Source: Eutreptiella sp. 'Long Island Sound 2002'
Lineage: Eukaryota; Protista; Euglenida
Assembly: GCA_964036045.1 (NCBI GenBank)
Contig: OZ038378.1
Coordinates: 181,350,001-181,414,000, forward strand
Reading direction: 5' to 3'
DNA length: 64,000 nucleotides
Under the pieces are notes generated by a model that made no database searches, was not told the DNA's origin, and was given only the letters and a program-made list of their open reading frames with translations. This document shows positions 47,603-59,671 of the stretch, in pieces. Every line of letters begins with the position of its first letter. Within the stretch, counting starts at the first letter, position 1. The translations under genes and the position numbers were made by a program.

Positions 47603-49824
47603 GTGTGGGTGGCAAGCGACGGGCAAGTGCTGAAAAACGGCAACTGAGCACTGGCTATAAGCACATGACATGCCACTTGTACCCGTAGAAAACCTCAGGA
47701 ACATAGCGCAGACCGCATCGTAGTGGGGGCTGTTCTATGGCCCGTTCAAATGACATTTGAAAGGGGGGTCCATTGAGATGGTTTCTTGGACGTGTGCCTT
47801 AAATGAATGGCCCGTTACGTTGCTGAGCAGTTGGACCGCACAGAAGCGACAGGGGGGGCAGGGGGTGACCACTCACGACGAGGAACACAAAAACGGAACA
47901 ATCAGACGCATCGATGAACCTCCCAAAGCACCTTCCAGAGCCGCCACGTTGTGGTCGGGTCGGAGGTTGGGGGTCTGGAGGGGCTGGGGGTGGGGGTCCG
48001 GGTCCCCACTACCCACGGCCCCGGCGTGCGTCCGGCTGTCCATTTCACAGGTCCCCCGCCCCCTGTGGCAGTCCAACCCCCGGAGGATTGGGTCACCGGA
48101 TGGTCCGTACGCCGATCTGTGTCACACGGCGGCCTACCCCAAAGTTACGTGGACGTCGTCGGGCAACGGCGGGGCTGTGCCCCGTCCCGCGGCTGCGCAG
48201 GCAACCAGCCCCCCCCCACTTACAGCGCCACACCAGCCCCCCTGGCGGGCCCATTAAGGCGTGGCAGTGCAGCGGCCTCACAGGCCCGTGTGTCGGTGCA
48301 CCCGCCCAAAGGGAGCGCAACAGACGGTCTGTTGCTGCAGCGGTCGATGCTGCAGCCACAGCGCCGTCCTGATGCGCCTCTAAACCAGGCCATTGCCTAG
48401 TGATACGGGGGGGGGGGGGGGCCTGGGATTTTGGGTGACCCACCCGCCCGCCCACATCAGAAAAAGTTTCCTCAGGGAAACATGAAATTTCCGACCGGTC
48501 GATTTTAGGTACACAAACCTTTTTTTTTTTGGCCTCTACCCCCCCCCCCCCCCGGCGGTATAATATCAACCGGCCACTCAGCAATGGCCTGCTCTAACCC
48601 CCACGTCCCCCATCCCGGAGGACGCTCTGTACACTTCGGGAAGCACCGCGCGCCGCCGGACACTGCGCGGTCGCGAGGAGCAGGACGGTGTCTCACGGGG
48701 ACTCGTGCACCAATTTATCGTCCAGGAACTGCGTTGTGGAATCGACGGGGTCCGGCGGCGAAATGCTCATCACGGTGACGAGTTCCGGCGCAACAGTGCC
48801 TGACGAACACGGGGGCGGTCACTGCGGACTGAAGGCGCGGTGCGGGCCAGGCCAGATCATCGGAAGTGATGCATGCGTACCCACCGACCGGGCCCCGCTG
48901 GCCTTTCCAGTGGAAGGGGTGCAGGGGGTTTGAGAGCCCACTCCCCTCCCCCCACGGGGCTCAATGGACTGGACCCTCTGAAACTCTCGAAAGTGCTGAC
49001 CCCGGACCCCAAAGTTCAGGAAGTGGTATTTTTTGGAATCCGCGCCATGAGGCGGTTCATAAAAAGGCATCAGTGAAACTTTTGTTTGACCATTCTTGGC
49101 CCCAAAAGAAATTGTTCAGCGCCTTTGGCGCCAGATTTCATCGTGACTGATGAATCATCCCGGTCAATCAAGGCGACAGACGAATGGCAACGCACACCAC
49201 ACAACATGAGGCACACTCATCGTGCTGCAAACCATGCAGGACACGGTGCGCACAATGCACATGGGGTGTACGCCGGACGGTCACGTGTGCTTCGTCCCTG
49301 TACCCAAACACGGCGCGTGAGGCATCCCTTCACCCCCTTGGGCGAGGGCTCTATGGGAACCCCGCAAAAAATCGGAAAGTCCCACTTCCCCGGCGCACAT
49401 GCGCGTGCACACATGCATACAGGTACAAAAAAATTTTCCGGCGCATTGCGCCGGGACATGCTTGCCCTCTCCTTTCCCACACTTTAAGGGGTATGTGCGC
49501 CTGTGAGTGACTGATAGGGTCCCCCCTGATGGGGGGACCCGTAGTAACACACATGAAATGATGTCCTGCACACCTGAATAGCTGTCCTACATCCACCAGA
49601 AACATGAAAAACCCACTACCCTGGTAAAAAAAGTGATGCGAGAATTTGACCGCGGAACCAGGGGTTGGTTCTTGCGCAAGGTGGTTCTTGGACACGGGGG
49701 GGGGGGGGGTACATGAACCACCTGTGGCCAACCACTAGAATGTCCATTGAATGGCATGTCATGTGCTTATAGCCAGTGCTCAGTTGCCGTTTTTCAGCAC
49801 TTGCGCGTCACTTGCCACCCACAC
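47603..49824. repeat. 73-bp inverted repeat pair (47603-47675 and 49752-49824)
   Basis: GTGTGGGTGGCAAGYGACGSGCAAGTGCTGAAAAACGGCAACTGAGCACTGGCTATAAGCACATGACATGCCA, 2 mismatches. The sequence following the left arm recurs, diverged, in direct orientation near 49955-50095. Confidence 0.85.
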
Positions 49825-52800
49825 ACCTGGCCACGCCCACTCGCAACTCACAACGGGCAGCACATGCTTGGAATCATACACCTGTTAACACACACCTAAC
49901 AACACACACCCTGGCAACTCACAACCTGCAACACAAGCCCCCAGCCTAGACCGGGTGGCATGGGCATGTGAACCGGTAGAAAACCTTAGGAGGATAGCAC
50001 AGACCCGCCATATGGGACTATTCTACGGCTAGTTTGGGTGACATTTGGAAGGGGGGTCAATTTGGATGCTTTCTTGGACAGTATGCCTTAAAAGTAGTGT
50101 GTGGTGTGCAATGCAAGGGTTCCCGGTTTGTCTCATGTAGCATGGGTTAAGGAGCCAATTGTCTCCTCCGCTCTTTGGAGACCTGTTACACCACGGCTTG
50201 CGGAACTATTTGTCACCTTCTTGAGGACCCTGATACAGCAGAGGTTATGAAGTCATTTGTCACCTCCCCAAACACCGAAGGGGTTATGTAGCCATTTGCG
50301 TTGTTGAACTGGGAGCCAATAGAGTCAACGTAGCCATTTGACCCGATGGTCTCAGGGCGCTGAAACAGTAATGGCCATTTTGGGGACCTGCCGGTGTAGG
50401 GGTTATGTAGCTATTTGTCACCTCCTTGCTCTGGTGGACACAAGCCATCGGCGGATATGGGACAATATCAGATCTCACCTAATGTGGGACACATTTCTCA
50501 TGTCCTCCCAGGAGCTTGGCAACAATGAGTCCCTTTTAGAAGGATGATACCCTGTTGAACTGTTGATACTTGTCTGTTTGCCTCCCTAACTTCACCTAGA
50601 CCGTGAAAACATGACAAACAAAAACAATGACACGAGTTGCACAAGCAAAAACAAAACAACGCAGGTCAGGAAGGATTGGTGGAGAGTTGGGTGTCTTTGG
50701 CGGCAAAGATACCCTCTTCAGGTTCCTTAGCCGAGAGACGTGGAACCTCTCATCCTGAGTTGGGTCAATCCAGTAGACAATACTCAGGCCTTTGGGGTTT
50801 CAGGTTGGTGGATGGCCCCTCTTGTATGACAAGGTAAAAGCAAATTACTAAAATGAGGATTAGAAACAAAGTTGGAAGTTGGTCATGGAGGCATGGCCTG
50901 GACGATGTGTCATGCAAAAGTGTACATGATACCCAACGGTAGAGTAGCCCCAACCATGTACACGCTACCCTTAACAGGGCAGAAATATATCAGTGGGCAA
51001 CCACATGAGTACTTTGCCGCACAAATCGCGCAAACCAGAAGGCCAATGCGCACACGGTGCTTAATGCAACCAAATGGCTGCACAGCTCCTGCTATATCAG
51101 GGTTCCCAAAGCAGAAAAGAGTCAAATGGCGACAGAACATTTGCTGCGTTGGGTCAGACAAATGCCTACATAAGCCTTGCATCGGGGTCCCTGGGGAGAA
51201 GTGGCAAGCATGTCAACTACATAGCTCAATTGCCAAATATGGTGAAAAATACATAACACATGTGTAAAGCATGCCTAACACATGTTATTTGATACTTGTC
51301 GTCAATATGAAAACGGTCAATTTTGGAAATTCTGATTTTTGAGCTGTTATCCCAACTGTGATACCAGGTGTGTGGCGCCACATGTGTGGTACCAAGTGTG
51401 TGGTAGCAATTGCGTGGTGCCAAGGGTGGTGCCAGGAGTATGCCAGGAGCTGTGTGTGCTGCTGGTGGTGGGCTGCCAAGTGGTCTGCACAGGGTGTCTT
51501 GACCCGTCTGTTGCGTCCGATGCGTCCCACCAGGTGTGTCCTGCCTGATGGGTCCTGTGTCGTTTCTTCCCGGTGTGTCCTTTGTAGTGCTAAAAGCGTC
51601 ATGGACTTGTCTCCCTGTCTGTTGCTCTGGGCTTCCGTGTGTCTTTGTATGTGTGTGTGCACACGTCTACCAAGTGCCAAACACCCCATCACTGGGGTGT
51701 GTTGTTTGCAGGACATTCCCGAATGAAAAAAAATAAAACGGCGAGGCCTGCGACATCTGGCACTAACACTCCACGCGCACACGCAGATACCCACACACAT
51801 GCACACAAACTTACACGCACGTACACATATGCATACCCATATACACAACACACACACACACACGCACACAGAAAGTGCCAGACCAGGGGGAAGGAAGGGC
51901 GTACCCTGGACCCTGTTGTGATGCGACTAACCCTCCAACTATGTGTCAAAAGCTTGGGAGGGGGGGGGGGGCATCCCACGTGGGTAGGGGGTACAGCCCG
52001 CAAAATGCATTCAGCAAACTGAGCGGGACTGCAGCAAGACAATGGCATTCTCGAACTTTAGATGCTCAGTCCCTGTCAGAGGATGTAGGGGGGGATCAGG
52101 AGACTGGGGAAGGGGTTGAAGGAGGGGGTAACCTGCCCGTGGGTAAGCACACTACCCCCTCTACACTCAATTCTTGTGGTTATTTTGGGGTCCGAGCTTT
52201 CGCGAGCAACTGCATTGTTTGTAGCATGTTTCATCCTCAGACACAGCGTTCATTGCCAAAGAAGCATACCAAGCAATTCGATGAACAAACACACACACAC
52301 ATGCTATCACCACGGCAACGGGAGGTGCATCTTACAACGCCATTCAATGTACTAACGGTCGGGCGAGGGTTCATGTTGAGGTCTGGGCTAGGCCTAGGGC
52401 CCTAAGAACCCTCACCCTCACCGCCCGACTCCCACAGCACTTGGGGTTAGGGATGGGAGGCAGGCCTGTGGGAGCAGTAACAGTAAGTGGGCCGGGGGGG
52501 AGGGGGGATGGTCCAGACCTGGGCTGTGCGGGCTGTGCATAGGAATCCTGCTTGACCCTGAGATGCGTTTCATGCTGGCCAATGGCACGTCGCAGAGATC
52601 CGGAGGAGAAGGCAGCTTTGACCGGCTCCAGCCCGTGCTATAGCCCCCACTGTCACGTGGTGGTCTACTCGCTGGGCGTTGCTCGGAACGCGTTGGCGCA
52701 GGACTGGCACATGGCTGCCCAGAGTTATCGAGATCGAGGCGCTGTGACGAAGAGGGCGGAACTGGGGGCGGGATGCGGAATCGAAGCGTGGCACGTCCAG

Positions 52801-52980
52801 AGCCCCAATCCGAAAGGACGACCCCGCTCCAGAACCGCGCACTGACAAAAAGTGCCATTTCACGGCCAGAGGCCCTGGCGTAGCTGCCGACCGCCGCCAG
52901 CCACCTTCAGGTACTCCCACCCGCAACCGCCAATCGGCACCAGCAAAACTGCAAAAAAATGTTGGCACCCCTGTGCCTAC

Positions 52981-53158
52981 GCGCTGTGCCTGTGCATGCT
53001 GCTCCGCCCTATGGACAAAGCATAGCGCTTTTCCCATAAGGTGCCCTTCAGGCATTGGGCAAAAATAACATGACATCATCTTCGGCTCGGCAGTGCGCCT
53101 CTCTGCAACAACGCCCATAAACCATGTCTTCTTACCACTGGGACCGTGAAAATCATAC
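52981..53158 (-). CDS. Candidate internal exon of an unknown gene
   Basis: TCGTTTGCAG| ..YDFHGPSGKKTWFMGVVAERRTAEPKMMSCYFCPMPEGHLMGKALCFVHRAEQHAQAQR |GTAGGC. Only one frame is open through its 5' part. Confidence 0.35.
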
Positions 53159-55859
53159 CTGCAAACGAGAGCCAAACTTGCAGTGCCACAGACGTTCCAG
53201 CTCAGAAAAAGGTGCTTCTGCAAAGTGACACCACGCGCCCTCTCCTCCCTCCCGTACTGGCTTCCAGGTGGTCATTCCCCCTCCATCCTTCCACCATCGC
53301 TGCCTCACCCTGCCGCTCCTGCAAGCTTCACCCCAACCCCCAACCCCACCATCTTGTGTACTGAAACCTTGTGGGCCCAGCCTGACCGGGAATGTGCACT
53401 TGCGCCACGCCCCCCCCCCCCCCCCCGCCTGCCCCCCGCTGCATCCCCTCCTTCTACGGCATCCTCCTTCCCAGGGGATGTCCTGTCAGCGATTCCGTGG
53501 GACATCCCTTCCTCCCTCAGCCCTGGCGCCCATTGTTGCCATTGTGCCCCAAGAATTTCCCGTCGCCTTCCTCTGCAACAGCTACCGTAGAATCTCCTCC
53601 CAGATGGAGCTCGCCTGTAACAGAGCTCGCGTGCCAGTAGCTCGACGCTTTGGACCTCGATGGGTGGTTGGGTGGCGTGGCCGCCACGAACTAATGGCCC
53701 CTGCCACCACTGCTTCCGTTGGAGCATACCCTCAGGCTCCGGCACCGGTTTCATCATCGCTTGGTGCCACCCCCTCATCCGAGCCCCTACTGCCGCACCT
53801 CCACAGCGGTAAACACTGGGCCCCCTCCCAACTCCCCATGTGTTGGAGTCTATTCCATCCACTTCACCCCCACATCTTATAGTCTGCTTGGTTCCACAAA
53901 ATCAAAGTAAATGCGGCACTTCCGGCGCAAGCTCCGCCCCAACCTGAAATGATTGCAACCTGCCTCAGGCCCAGAGGCAGCCCCACAACCAGCTCCGTCC
54001 CCCCCACAATACAGCAGCATTACGCCCCCCCCCCTTTACTTGGCTGTGATGCCAGGACCCTCACCCAGCCGCTGACATGACCCGGCAGCGGCTCCCGGGT
54101 TTGTAATTGCGAGCAGAGGGACAGATAGGGCCCCCCAAAGGGCCTGCATCGACTGGACTACATAAAGGTCCGATGACCTGATGGTAGCTCCGGGTCCCAA
54201 AAGATAGAAAGTGAGACTAGTAATTTCAGTACCAGCCCTCATACTGATCCCCATGACACGCTGAGCATTTTGAGTCATATATCATGCGGGGGAAGCGTGT
54301 TCCAGACATTTCGTCTCCGGGCCGTTTCATGGCCCGATTACAAGCCTCTGCTGGTCCTCAGACTGCCAGACGGAGCCCCACCCCCCAGCACTTCGCCAGC
54401 CTCTGTGCCCATTTGGCGAGGGGGAGGGGGGGGGGGGGCACTGTGTTTAGTCACCCGGTCGATAGGCTGTATTCTACACAGCAGTTTCCCCAGTTGCACT
54501 GCTGCAGTGCACAAATGCCAAGGGAGGCGGCCTATTCGAATCCAGACACTCAAACCCCAACCCCTCACCAGACCCCCCAAAGATCTCGAAATCTTGAACC
54601 CGGTTTTCTGCAATTTGAGATTTCGGGAACAACTGCTGGTGCCGAAAGCGGTAGAAAAAATTTTTGGCCTCCTGAGGGGAAAAAAAATTATGACCCCATG
54701 TGTCTATATTTAAAATACTCAGAATTTTGTGGAGAATTCAAAAGTGGGGGGAAAGCACAAAAAATTGACCCCCGACCCGACCTCCGGGTCAGACCTTGGC
54801 TGATGGAAGCCTGAGTTGATGGGCAAACTTTTTTGAAAAACTGTTTTACCCCAATTGTGTATGTCCAAAATGATCAGCGCGTCAAGGGGATCATTTTGAG
54901 GTATGTATGCTAGGGCAACCCCCCCCCCCCCCCGCGCGCAACCCCGGCGCCGGCAGGCGGTGAAAGCGGACGTTGCCATTGAGCTAGCGGTTATCTAGCT
55001 GCGGCTGTCCAGTGAGTAAGCCTGCTAGGTATTTAAACTGGTGGTCGCGGCGGGTGAGGCGAATGGCTTGTTGTGGGTCTGCTTCTCGCTTAGTTCGTTA
55101 GCCGCGACACACCGTCAGCCCGCCCCACAGTGGCAAGTGGAGGTGGTGGGGCAAACTCCATTGTTTGTGGGGGAGCGTGTTCAGAACAGCACACTTGCCA
55201 CCACACTGTGATCACCGAGTGCCCCACACTTTGTCGTTCCATCCTCCGTTGGTTCCTCTACCTCGCTTCCAATTCGTGTTCCTGCTCCCTCCTGACCCGT
55301 CCTGCCCCCTTGCCCTTGCCCCTCCCTACCCGACCTGCCCCCGGTGTGTACTAGGGAGAGGGGCCCAGGCCCCGCCATGAGCGGGGTGTCGGCCGCCGGG
55401 AGCGGCCCAGCTAGAGTACGGGTTGCGAGGTGCATGCATGCCCCGCCGAGATGAGTTCAGGGACCGAGCTGCAGACGCAGCCCATGCGACAGCGGTGCTC
55501 GGGCCCCTCTTGGGATCTGCCCCGATGCTGCCGGCATGGGTTTGGGCAATCCTGTACTCGGTGTGGGCGTGTGGACCATGCTGTACTTGCTCTCATACAC
55601 CACCCCTTGTGCCTAGTCCTCACCTGTGCTGAGTATGTGTGTGGGGGGGGGGGGGGGGAACCGCCACTTTCCGCTTTGTGCTTTACTCCAGCGGTTGGAT
55701 ATTGAGCTTCTCTTGCGGGTTGCTGGCTGGACATGGTGGTTCATCAGAATGTTGCACCGGCGTGCATCCCCACGGGCGGCTCTTGGCTTGTTTTGTGGAT
55801 CACGTGCCCTTGCGTCTCTCAAGTACCGGATAGGGTGTGTGAAGGATGTGCCCATGCTT

Positions 55860-56235
55860 GCGTGGACGTGTGGCGGATTTTGCCACTGCATGCGTGCCTG
55901 TGTGGTACATTGTGCAGCTACGTGAGTGCCCTTGCGGCAGATCATACACTTGCATATGCAATGGTATGCATGCATATGTGGCATATAATGCAACCTTATG
56001 CATGCCTGCGGGGTAGATAATACCATTGCATGCATGCCTATGTGGCAAGTACACCTTGCGTAGCACAGTAAGCGACGATATGCAGACTTGTGTGACAGAA
56101 TCCGCCAGTGCATTCATGCTTGTGTGGCAGATACAGCCTGTGTGGCAGAATATGCAACTGCTTGCATGTCAGCGTGACGATGTATGCCAAAATACTCATG
56201 CCGGTGTGGCACACACAGGTTGTGTAGCAGGCTAT
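55860..56235. repeat. TGCA-rich satellite, left segment
   Basis: Degenerate GTGTGGCAGA(T)TATGC..CTGCATGC monomers. Confidence 0.75.
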
Positions 56236-57065
56236 CAGGGCTCAGAATTACCCGGCTCCGGTGGCGGGTACTGTACCCACAAACGTACCCACAATGCACC
56301 CATGGCAAGGAAAAATGGGGGAAAATGGGGGAAAATGGGGGGAAATGGGGGAAAATGGGGGGAAATGGGGGAAAATGGGGGGGGAATGGGGAAAAATGGG
56401 GGAAAATGGGGGAAAATAAGGAAACTTGGGTGGTGCAACCGGTCCCCTTTCCCCCCATTTCCTCCGCATTTCCTCCCCATTTCCTCCCCATTTTCCCCCC
56501 ATTTTCCCCCATTTTCCCCCATTTTTCCCCATTTTCCCCCATTTTTCCTCGGGAGCTTTCCCCATTTTTCCCCATTTTTCCTCTGGAGCTTTCACCAATG
56601 CGCCCCCCCCCACAGCCTTGTTGCCCACCTAAAGTTTATGCAGTAAACTTGAGTTTAAATTGGGCAAGGGGGTGGGAGGAGGGCACCTCGTGAACACTCG
56701 CCTAGTGTTTGTTTGTTTTGTGGTGTGCAGCACAATGGTCACGCGACACTACGTTCTTTGGGTTCAGCAATGTCCACGACTGTGCACTGTTGTCTCGTCT
56801 ACTGTGTGGATGACAGTGAGGGGAGGTGGAAGGAGGTGTGTGGGGTTTGGTTGGGCGAAGCAGCAAGTGCCAAGCCCATGGGGGGAAAACCAATTTAAAC
56901 TAAACCTTGATTGTTGGCCTTTTCAGCCCCTAAATTTCCCATTTTTCCACCAAGCAATCTGAATTTCCCTCATTTACCCCCATTTTCCCCCATTTTTCCT
57001 ACCTTGGCCCATTTCCCCAATAGTGCTCCGCTAAACGTACCCAAACTGGGTACTTCTGAGCCCTG
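56236..57065. mobile_element. 830-bp TIR element with 6-bp TSD and internal GGGGAAAAT/ATTTTCCCC fold-back
   Basis: 18-bp TIR CAGGGCTCAGAAKTACCC (1 mismatch). GGCTAT duplicated at 56230-35 and 57066-71. AAACGTACCCA in direct orientation near both ends (56281 and 57033). Confidence 0.85.
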
Positions 57066-58870
57066 GGCTATGCAACTACATGCATACCTGTGTGACAGAT
57101 GATGCACATGTATTTGTCCCTGTGTGGCGGATGCCGCAACTGCATGCATGCCTATGTGGCTTGTTCTGCAACTACATGCATGCATGTGTGGCAGATACAA
57201 CTAGCATGGCTGAATATGGCAGATTGTGCAACTGCATGTACAGCAGATTATGCCGCTGCATGCGTGCCTGTGTGGCAGATAATGCAGTGTGTGCATGCAT
57301 GAGTGGCAAACTATGCATTCCATGCATGCCTGTGTAGCAGATACACCTTGTGTAGCACACTATGCGCCTGCATGCATACATGTGTGACAGATCATGTGAA
57401 TGTGTTCATGCCTGTGTGGCAAATGGCATGGCAGATTCTGCACCTGCATGCGCACCTGCATGGCAGATTCTGGCAGATTCTGCACCTCCATGCGCGCCTG
57501 CATGGCAGATTATGCGACTGCATGCATGCCTGTGTGGCAGATATTGTAGTGCGTGCATGCCTGCATGGCAGATTATGCACCTGTATGCACACATGTGTGG
57601 CAGGTTACGCAACTATATGCGTGCATGGGTGGCAGAAGCTACTAGTACATCAGAATATGGCAGATTGTGCAACCGCATGTGTGGCAGAGCATGCTGCTGC
57701 ATGTGTGCTAGTATCGCAGCTAATGCTGTGTGTGCATGCTTGTGTGGCAGATTTTGCACCTGCATGCATGCCTATGTGGCAGGTACAGCTTGTGTAGCGG
57801 CAAATGTGACCGCGGGCAACTGCGGGCAAGCCCGTGTGGCGAATTGTGCTACTGCGTGCGTGAGGGTGTGTGTGGCAGACAATGCTGTGCCCGTGTGGCC
57901 AATTATGCCACTACATGCATGCCTGTGTGGCAGATGGTGCAGTGCGTGCATGCCCTAACAGCAGATTATGCACCTGCGTACGTGCCTGTGTGGCAGAAGC
58001 CACTAGTACATCAGAATATGGCAGATTGTGCAACTGCATGTGTGGCAGAGCATGCCGCTGCATGCGTGCTAGTGTCGCAGTTAATGCTGTGTGTGCATGC
58101 TTGTGTGGCAGATTTTGTGCCTGCATGAATGCCTGTATGGCAGGTACAGCTTGTGTAGCGGCAAATGTGACCGCAAGCAACTACGTGCAAGCCTGTGTGG
58201 CGGATTATGCGACTGCATGCTTAAGGGTGTGTGTGGCAGACAATGCGGTGCCTGTGTGGTCGACTATGCCACTACATGCATGCCTGTGTGACAGATAGTG
58301 TAGTGCGTGCATGCCTGCACGGCAGATTATGCACCTGCAGGTGTGCCTGTGTGGCAGATTATGCAATTGCATGCGTGCCTGGGTGGCAGAAGCCACTAGT
58401 ATAGCAGAATATGGCAGATTGTGCAACCGCATGGCAGTGTATGCCGCTGCATGCATGCCAGTGTCGCAGCTAATGCAGCTAATGCTGTGTGTGCATGCTT
58501 GTGTGGCAGATTTTGCACCTGCATGCATGCCTGTGTGGCAGATATAGCTTGTGTAGCGGCAAATGTGACCGCAGGCAACTGCGTGCAAGCCCGTGTGGCG
58601 GATTATGCCACTGCGTGCGTGAGGGTGTGTCTGGCAGACAATGCGGTGCCTGTGTGGCCGATTATGCCAGTGCATGCGTGCCTGTGTGGCAGATAGTGCA
58701 GTGTGTGCATGCTCGCATGGCAGATTATGCACCTGCATGCGTGCCTGGGTGGCAGAAACCACTAGTAAAGCAGAATATGGCAGATTGTGCAACTGCATGT
58801 GTGGCACAATATGCTGCTGCATGCGTGCCAGTGTCGCAGCTAATGCTGTGTGTGCATGCCTGTGCAGCTT
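57066..58870. repeat. TGCA-rich satellite with about 32-bp monomers and a 360-390-bp higher-order unit
   Basis: The ACTAGTA anchor recurs at 57641, 58002, 58395 and 58761 (spacings 361, 393, 366). Confidence 0.9.
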
Positions 58871-59273
58871 TATCAGCGACATGGTGGTGTACCATTGCCA
58901 TATGAGCGACGGGCAGCGGAGTGTGTGCATACCCCGATGCGGATCAGTCCAGTGACCAGGCAATCAATGCGACACGGGCGGGGACTACCCCAGTTGCCCC
59001 CCCTCCCTGTGCAGGTGCGGCCCATCTTGGGCACTCCGAGGCCGGGTAGACTATGCACCCCCTCACTCCTCTTCTCATCCTTCCCCCACCTCGGTGCCGC
59101 AGGGGGGCCTGCGGTACTGTCACTGCCCATTAGACGCCAGTTGCGGCTTGGCCTACGACGGTGAAGCGATCAGAGTCATGGGCCCTCACTTTGGGCTTCA
59201 TGGCCTGTGTCCTCGGGATGCGGCCCACAGAATGCTTCCTCTCCATCCATCCATCCATCCCGGCGCAGGCGGA

Positions 59274-59462
59274 CCCCCCCCCCCGTTCCAGCAAACAATA
59301 AAGTCCTCAGAAAGAAAACGGTCCGAACAGGAGTGTTCGTCGGACACGCCGTTCGGTACTGAATTAATTCGGTACCTAAACCCGGTCCCGAATTACTCGG
59401 GTCCCAAAAACTGACGGGCTGAACGGAAGTGTTTGTTGGACATGGGAGGGGGGGGGGGGGGG
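59274..59462. mobile_element. About 190-bp member of the TACGGTCCGAAC family
   Basis: Colinear with 42004-42202, with C-run and G-run ends. Confidence 0.75.
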
Positions 59463-59533
59463 CATCCTGCACTCTGCTTCTACCCTGCACACACACAGTG
59501 CGACCAGCATGCCGGCTGGCGAGAGATGCAAAC

Positions 59534-59671
59534 CTGCTGTCTCAGAGTACTCAACTTGTGCTGAAGCTTCTCAAATCGTTCATGCAGTTGTTTGTACTGC
59601 GACTCCATCTCCTGCGTCTGCTTGGCTGCATCGGAGACCTGTTCACTGAAACTGTTAATTTCAGACTCCAA
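59534..59671 (-). CDS. Candidate internal exon encoding a coiled coil
   Basis: ATGCAG| LESEINSFSEQVSDAAKQTQEMESQYKQLHERFEKLQHKLSTLRQQ |GTTTGC. 138 nt, phase 0-0, heptad-like. Confidence 0.55.

Noticed and set aside
56026-56693. GKMGENG and PPFSPIF repeat proteins, or a telomeric repeat
   Set aside because: They are translations of the fold-back array inside a TIR element. The GGGGAAAAT unit is irregular and not a telomere repeat I recognise.
57080-58963. Cys-rich ORFs as metallothionein- or keratin-like genes
   Set aside because: All frames on both strands give similar Cys/Ala/Met/His-rich text, as expected from a TGCA satellite.
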